Assembly: GCA_965231085.1 (NCBI GenBank)
Contig: OZ246413.1
Location: 475,234-539,233, forward strand
Source: an uncultured Candidatus Saccharibacteria bacterium
GTDB lineage: Bacteria; Patescibacteriota; Saccharimonadia; Saccharimonadales; UBA10212
Length of the DNA stretch: 64,000 bases
Direction: 5' to 3'
The translations under genes were made by a program, and so were the position numbers. Below the pieces are notes generated by a model. That model made no database searches and was not told the DNA's origin. It was given only the letters and a program-made list of their open reading frames with translations. Shown here piece after piece: positions 59,726 through 64,000 of the stretch; the stretch's first letter is position 1; every line of letters begins with the position of its first letter.

Positions 59726-61002
59726 TATTTGTCACTTGGAAGAGGGAATTGAAGAGAAAATTCTTTAACCTCATTCCTTAACTTGTTAAGCATTTTAGGG
59801 TCTTTGCGGTGCTTAATTGCCTCTCTCATCCACTCGGCAATTTGGGCCATGTCCTTTTCTTTTAGGCCCCTGGTTGTCATAGCTGGAGTACCTAGTCGTA
59901 GACCACTTGGTCTAAACGGAGGCAAGGGATCGTCCGGTATAGAATTACAGTTGGCACTTAGGCCTACTTCGTCCAAAATGTCTTGCACTTCCCTGCCGCT
60001 TACCCCAAAACTCCTGTTAACGTCAGCCATAATCAAGTGATTATCGGTACCATTGGTGACAAGTTTAAAACCGCGCTTCATAAGTTCATCAGCCAGAGTC
60101 TTGGCATTTAATAATATTTGTTTGGCGTAATCGTGAAATTCTGGCTTCATGGCCTCACCAAAAGCAACAGCTTTTGCAGCTGTATTATTCATATGTGGAC
60201 CTCCCTGGAAGCCTGGGAATACCTCTCTGTCAATTAAGGTTGGTAGATTTTCAACTGTTTTTTCAACTTTTTGCAACGGATTACCAACCTTACCCTTGGT
60301 CAATATCATACCGCCACGAGGGCCGCGCAGTGTTTTGTGTGTAGTAGTGGTAATTATATGAAAGCCAAAATCAAAGGGATTCGGCAAGACTTTACCAGCT
60401 ATTAATCCAGCTATGTGAGCCATGTCGGCCATGAGCACTGCACCAACTTCGTTGCCAATTTCGGCAAACTTTGCGTAGTCCAGATTTCGGGGATAACCAG
60501 AAAAACCAGCCAAAATTATTTTTGGTTTTTCTTTTAAGGCAACCTGGCGCATAGCTTCGTAATCTATCTCGCCAGTTTCGATATCTTTTATTCCATATCG
60601 AACAAAGTTGTATAGCTTCGCCATGGTTGTAACCGGGTGCCCATGGGTCAAGTGGCCGCCGTGATCAAGGCGCATGCCAAGAACTGTGTCACCAGGTTCT
60701 AGCCAAGCAAAATAAACAGCTACATTAGCTGGGGCGCCAGAGTGTGGTTGTACGTTAGCGTGATCGGCTTTGAATAATTTCTTGGCTCTCTCGATAGCTA
60801 GGGTTTCCACCTTGTCGGTAAATTCTTGACCACCGTAATAGCGTCTGCCTGGATATCCTTCAGAATATTTATTAGTAAACTCACTGCCTAGGGCTGCTAG
60901 CACATCACGACTTACGTAATTTTCGCTCGGGATCAACTCTAAGCCCTCGCGTTGTCGCTTTTGCTCTGCATCAATTAACTTTTTTACTTCTTTATCATCC
61001 AT
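59725..61002 (-). CDS. glyA: serine hydroxymethyltransferase
   Basis: PLP-lysine motif TTTTHKTLRGPRGG. Start at ATG 61002 (MDDKEVKKL). Confidence 0.9.
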   Translation of the reverse strand: MDDKEVKKLIDAEQKRQREGLELIPSENYVSRDVLAALGSEFTNKYSEGYPGRRYYGGQEFTDKVETLAIERAKKLFKADHANVQPHSGAPANVAVYFAWLEPGDTVLGMRLDHGGHLTHGHPVTTMAKLYNFVRYGIKDIETGEIDYEAMRQVALKEKPKIILAGFSGYPRNLDYAKFAEIGNEVGAVLMADMAHIAGLIAGKVLPNPFDFGFHIITTTTHKTLRGPRGGMILTKGKVGNPLQKVEKTVENLPTLIDREVFPGFQGGPHMNNTAAKAVAFGEAMKPEFHDYAKQILLNAKTLADELMKRGFKLVTNGTDNHLIMADVNRSFGVSGREVQDILDEVGLSANCNSIPDDPLPPFRPSGLRLGTPAMTTRGLKEKDMAQIAEWMREAIKHRKDPKMLNKLRNEVKEFSLQFPLPSDK

Positions 61003-61144
61003 GGGAAAACACCTCATTTATTTACTTTTATAATTCCGGTAAATAGAGGCAGCTAGATCATAAGATTATTGTAGCAGCAAAGTATCGGCTTACCTGGGGT
61101 AAAATTTACGTTTGAAAGATGTTTACCATACATGGTAAAATCTG

Positions 61145-62677
61145 GTGATGATGACAAACACAAATGAGCAAATTGGGCAACTTATTGCCCAGATACGACA
61201 AGAGAGAGGCCTAACTCAAGCAGAGTTCGCTAGGCGCCTTAAGACTAGTCAATCGGCTGTTAATCGGATTGAGCGTGGCAGACAGAACCTCACTCTGGAC
61301 ACTCTTGGGAACATTAGCAATGTGCTCAACAAACAAATAATTTCCATTGGCGGAAGTGCTATTAACCTAAATATCGAGGGCGGTCACGAATTAAAAGGTG
61401 AGATTGAGGTTAAAACATCTAAGAATGCGGCTGTTGCTTTGCTGTGTGCCAGTCTTTTAAATCATGGAACCACCAAACTAAAAAGGGTTGCCAAAATTGA
61501 GGAAGTTAATCGCATTATAGAGGTTTTAACGAGCATCGGTGTCAATGTACGGTGGATAAATGATAGCGATCTAGAGATTAAGCCGCCGGCAAAACTTAGA
61601 TTAGAAAACATTGACAAAAATGCCGCCCGTAAAACAAGAATTGTCATAATGTTAGCTGGTAGTTTAATGCACGAGCACCCCAGTTTTAAAATACCTTACG
61701 CCGGCGGCTGCGAACTTGGACGCCGGACAATTATCCCCCACATTTATGCGCTAGAAGAATTTGGTACCCAAATTGAAGCCCACAATGGGCACTATCAAAT
61801 AACTGTAAAACGCAAGCAGCCAACTGAACCAGTCGTGTTATATGAGATGAGCGATATTGCTACAGAAAATGCAATTATGGCTGCTGCCGGTTTTGAGGGC
61901 ACTACCGTCATCAAACAAGCCAGTGCCAACTACATGGTCCAAGATCTATGCTTCTTCTTGCAGAAGCTTGGAGTAAAAATTGAGGGCATCGGCAGCAATA
62001 CCCTAAAAATTAAGGGTCTAAGAAATATAAAGAAAAACGTATCCTACTCCCCAAGCGAAGATCCGGTTGAGGCTATGACATTTATCTCGGCCGCTGTTAC
62101 GACCAATTCTTCGATAACTATAAAACGCTCACCCATTAATTTTCTTGAGCTGGAGCTACTTAAGCTTAAAAAAATGGGCTTACGTTATAAATTAAGCGAT
62201 ATCTACAAAGCTGATAACGGACAGTCAGACCTAGCCGACATTACAATCTACAAACACAATGGGGAGTTAAAGGCCCCTGAGGAAAAAATTCATCCACTAA
62301 CTGGCGGAGCGGGAATCAACATAGACAACCTTCCCTACTTTGTGCCAATTTGTGCTGTTGCTAAAGGCCGTAGTTTAATTCACGACTGGGTCTACGAAGA
62401 TCGCGCCCTTATGTATACCGAGATTAAAAAATTAGACGTTGATCTTGAATTAGCTGATCCGCACCGGATCTTCATCAACGGACCAACAAAATGGCGGGCC
62501 TCCGACATTGTAGCCCCCAGCGGCTTAAGACCGGCTGTCATTTTACTTATCGGTATGATGGCAGCCCCTGGGGCATCTAAGCTTCGTAACATTTACACTA
62601 TTAACCGCGGGTACGAAGACCTAGCCGAGAGGCTCAATGCCCTCGGCGCCAAAATAGAAGTTGTGCACGAAGCCTAG
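61145..62677 (+). CDS. murA: XRE-type HTH domain fused to UDP-N-acetylglucosamine 1-carboxyvinyltransferase
   Basis: First ~65 aa are an HTH (RGLTQAEFARRLKTSQSAVNRIERG). The rest is MurA (GEIEVKTSKNAAVALL, catalytic-Cys loop AGGCELGRRTI). Confidence 0.85.
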   Translation: MMMTNTNEQIGQLIAQIRQERGLTQAEFARRLKTSQSAVNRIERGRQNLTLDTLGNISNVLNKQIISIGGSAINLNIEGGHELKGEIEVKTSKNAAVALLCASLLNHGTTKLKRVAKIEEVNRIIEVLTSIGVNVRWINDSDLEIKPPAKLRLENIDKNAARKTRIVIMLAGSLMHEHPSFKIPYAGGCELGRRTIIPHIYALEEFGTQIEAHNGHYQITVKRKQPTEPVVLYEMSDIATENAIMAAAGFEGTTVIKQASANYMVQDLCFFLQKLGVKIEGIGSNTLKIKGLRNIKKNVSYSPSEDPVEAMTFISAAVTTNSSITIKRSPINFLELELLKLKKMGLRYKLSDIYKADNGQSDLADITIYKHNGELKAPEEKIHPLTGGAGINIDNLPYFVPICAVAKGRSLIHDWVYEDRALMYTEIKKLDVDLELADPHRIFINGPTKWRASDIVAPSGLRPAVILLIGMMAAPGASKLRNIYTINRGYEDLAERLNALGAKIEVVHEA

Positions 62678-63003
62678 ATTTTAGATATTTTAACTGCTGT
62701 ACCGTAAGCAGCAACTTCGTTCATAATCTGACCAATATCGCCTGAGTCAAAACGCATGGCAAGCACCGCATTGCCACCTTTTTCGGCGGTAGCTTTACGC
62801 AATCTTTCTATGGCTTGCTCTCGACTATCCGACAATAGAGAGGTATAGCCCTTTACCTCCCCACCGAACACTGTTCTTAGGCTTGCTCCAACATTACTAA
62901 AAATGTTCCTACTCCTAACGATCAACCCAAATACCTCCCCGTAAACTTCTTCTACCTTATACCCGGGAATGTCGTTGGTTGTTGCTACTATTATTTCTGC
63001 CAT
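62674..63003 (-). CDS. YbjQ/UPF0145-family protein
   Basis: MAEIIVATTNDIPGYKVEEVYGEVFGLIVRSRN...NAVLAMRFD matches the typical YbjQ pattern. ATG at 63003. Confidence 0.8.
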   Translation of the reverse strand: MAEIIVATTNDIPGYKVEEVYGEVFGLIVRSRNIFSNVGASLRTVFGGEVKGYTSLLSDSREQAIERLRKATAEKGGNAVLAMRFDSGDIGQIMNEVAAYGTAVKISKI

Positions 63004-63046
63004 TGTTGCTCTCCTTCTCATACCATTTTAACTCTTTTACCAAAAC

Positions 63047-63055
63047 TGGTATAAT
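63047..63055 (+). promoter_or_regulatory. extended -10 promoter for the leader RNA / tRNA-Gly transcript
   Basis: TGGTATAAT matches the TGnTATAAT consensus. The predicted start near 63061 coincides with the first base of the closing stem of the structured leader. Confidence 0.5.
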
Positions 63056-63060
63056 TACCC

Positions 63061-63185
63061 CTGTTAGGGAATTGAAGGACAACCTGCGGTTTTCCTTCAA
63101 CGTGCCTTTTGGACCCGCCAAGGCGGGACCAGCACTACTACCTTTCCCTAACAGCAAAATGAGGTAGGACCGCAAGTTCCGACGA
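63061..63185 (+). ncRNA. ~125-nt structured leader RNA upstream of tRNA-Gly (family unknown)
   Basis: Closing stem CTGTTAGGGAA/TTCCCTAACAG (63061-71/63143-53) encloses hairpin TTGAAGGA-caacctgcggttt-TCCTTCAA (63072-63100) and hairpin GTGC..CCCGC-CAAG-GCGGG..GCAC. It ends at the tRNA-Gly 5' end, an RNase P site. Confidence 0.35.
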
Positions 63186-63260
63186 GCGGGATTCGTATAG
63201 CGGCTAATATATAAGTTTTCCAAACTTAGGAGGAGGGTTCGATTCCCTCATCCCGCACCA
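63186..63260 (+). tRNA. tRNA-Gly (anticodon UCC)
   Basis: Hand-folded: acceptor GCGGGAT/ATCCCGC, anticodon arm TAAGT-TTTCCAA-ACTTA, T-arm GAGGG-TTCGATT-CCCTC, encoded CCA. Confidence 0.85.
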
Positions 63261-63403
63261 CGTCACAGAAAACTGCAACCTCTTTATAAATTTTGGCAAC
63301 CAAGTGGCCAAAATTTAAAGAGGTATGTGTTACTGTTCCTTTTCCCCAAAAAGCATTGCTTTTTAGGGTCCCCAGTTGCGTTTGCATCATAAGTGATGCT
63401 CGC

Positions 63404-63480
63404 GCCCCGGTAGCTCAGCGGATTAGAGCAATGGGCTTCTATCCCACAGGTCGGGGGTTCGATTCCCTCCCGGGGTACCA
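63404..63480 (+). tRNA. tRNA-Arg (anticodon UCU)
   Basis: Hand-folded: acceptor GCCCCGG/CCGGGGT, D-arm GCTC-AGCGGATTA-GAGC, anticodon loop CTTCTAT, T-arm GGGGG-TTCGATT-CCCTC, encoded CCA. Confidence 0.8.
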
Positions 63481-63482
63481 AA

Positions 63483-63516
63483 TAAAAAAGATTGGTTTTA
63501 TGCCAGTCTTTTTTAT
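63483..63516 (+). terminator. intrinsic terminator after the tRNA pair
   Basis: AAGATTGG-TTTTATG-CCAGTCTT followed by TTTTATTT. Confidence 0.55.
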
Positions 63517-63580
63517 TTGCTCCGAAAGGGAATCTATTCACCGACTTGGATTTTGCTTTAGCGAACTTCCCTCCCGGGTA

Positions 63581-64000
63581 TTAAACAGGCTTTTTGCTCA
63601 TAGTCGGGACTGACGAGTATGTAACTTTTAAATAGTCGCCGTAATCAACTGCAAAAACGCCAGCTGTTGCCCCCGTATCGGTATAGGCGCTGCCGTCAGG
63701 GCTGATTTCAATCTTAGTTACGGTGCCGCCCTGCACAATTACTCTTTGGTTGTATCCGTCTGTATTTTGGTATGCGTATGGACTTGCCCCGGGAGTAATT
63801 GATGCCACTGCTTTGCTGGTCGGCAAAACTAATGGACCTATAAAATTCCCGCCATTCTGATCCTGATAGAGAGCTGTTTGGACTTCGCTTGTCGTCGATT
63901 TGCCCGCGATAACCCGGTTTCGAACGGCACTAGCATCGGCATGAACCAGATATTTTGGTTTTGTAGCCACCGAACTTGCCACCATCTTATGGTCAATATA
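63581..64000 (-). CDS. hypothetical protein, C-terminal part (frame stays open to the right edge)
   Basis: 134-aa track ORF. The frame has no stop between 63985 and 64000, so the gene may start outside the window. Gly/Thr/Ala-rich, beta-type composition. Confidence 0.4.
   Translation of the reverse strand, partial: YIDHKMVASSVATKPKYLVHADASAVRNRVIAGKSTTSEVQTALYQDQNGGNFIGPLVLPTSKAVASITPGASPYAYQNTDGYNQRVIVQGGTVTKIEISPDGSAYTDTGATAGVFAVDYGDYLKVTYSSVPTMSKKPV

Noticed and set aside
63284-63613. ORFs 63284-63541 (-) and 63293-63613 (+).
   Set aside because: They run straight through tRNA-Arg(UCU) and the intergenic hairpins. There is no RBS. They are spurious.

Overview
64-kb window from a compact, low-GC chromosome (roughly 40-45% G+C by eye, not computed). 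Genes are tightly packed and most lie on the minus strand.

Core content is housekeeping:
- DNA and translation: uvrA (partial), sbcB, obg, ruvX, alaS, mnmA, metG, typA, ksgA/rsmA, pcrA.
- Energy and metabolism: an F-type ATP synthase block (b, delta, alpha, gamma, beta, epsilon), cysteine desulfurase, tatD, tpiA, pgk, folD, glyA.
- Envelope and division: mltG, ftsA, murD, murI, murB, an HTH-murA fusion, a LysM/CHAP hydrolase, a DUF348/G5 hydrolase, a sortase with LPXTG substrates, and a pilin-like protein.
- RNA genes I can support by hand folding: one tmRNA and five tRNAs (Glu-UUC, Lys-CUU, Arg-UCG, Gly-UCC, Arg-UCU).

The repertoire (reduced metabolism, Gram-positive-type envelope, short AlaRS) fits a Saccharibacteria/CPR-like small genome. 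That placement is inference only.

Unusual content:
1. Two copies of a 193-bp structured element, directly downstream of tRNA-Glu and tRNA-Lys. Each ends in an exact copy of the 3' end of its own tRNA and carries a conserved ~85-nt insert with compensatory base changes.
2. Five strikingly GC-rich single-gene cassettes (about 9.9, 23.7, 30.7, 48 and 57 kb). Each has a strong Shine-Dalgarno sequence and a GC-rich hairpin terminator. Three are bracketed by imperfect inverted repeats.
3. A ~0.7-kb GC-enriched, ORF-free, helix-dense region (49.26-50.0 kb) ending in a textbook intrinsic terminator. It is a candidate large ncRNA.
4. A type II restriction-modification pair inside a small accessory island of unknown genes.
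5. A hairpin with a 13-nt conserved loop, present in a tRNA-Gly leader RNA and, in antisense orientation, in the pgk-tpiA spacer.
6. An ATP synthase block with no recognisable a or c subunit genes.

I saw no CRISPR array, rRNA, integrase or transposase. RNA ends and promoter calls are hand estimates (a few nt either way). No database search or composition statistic was run.
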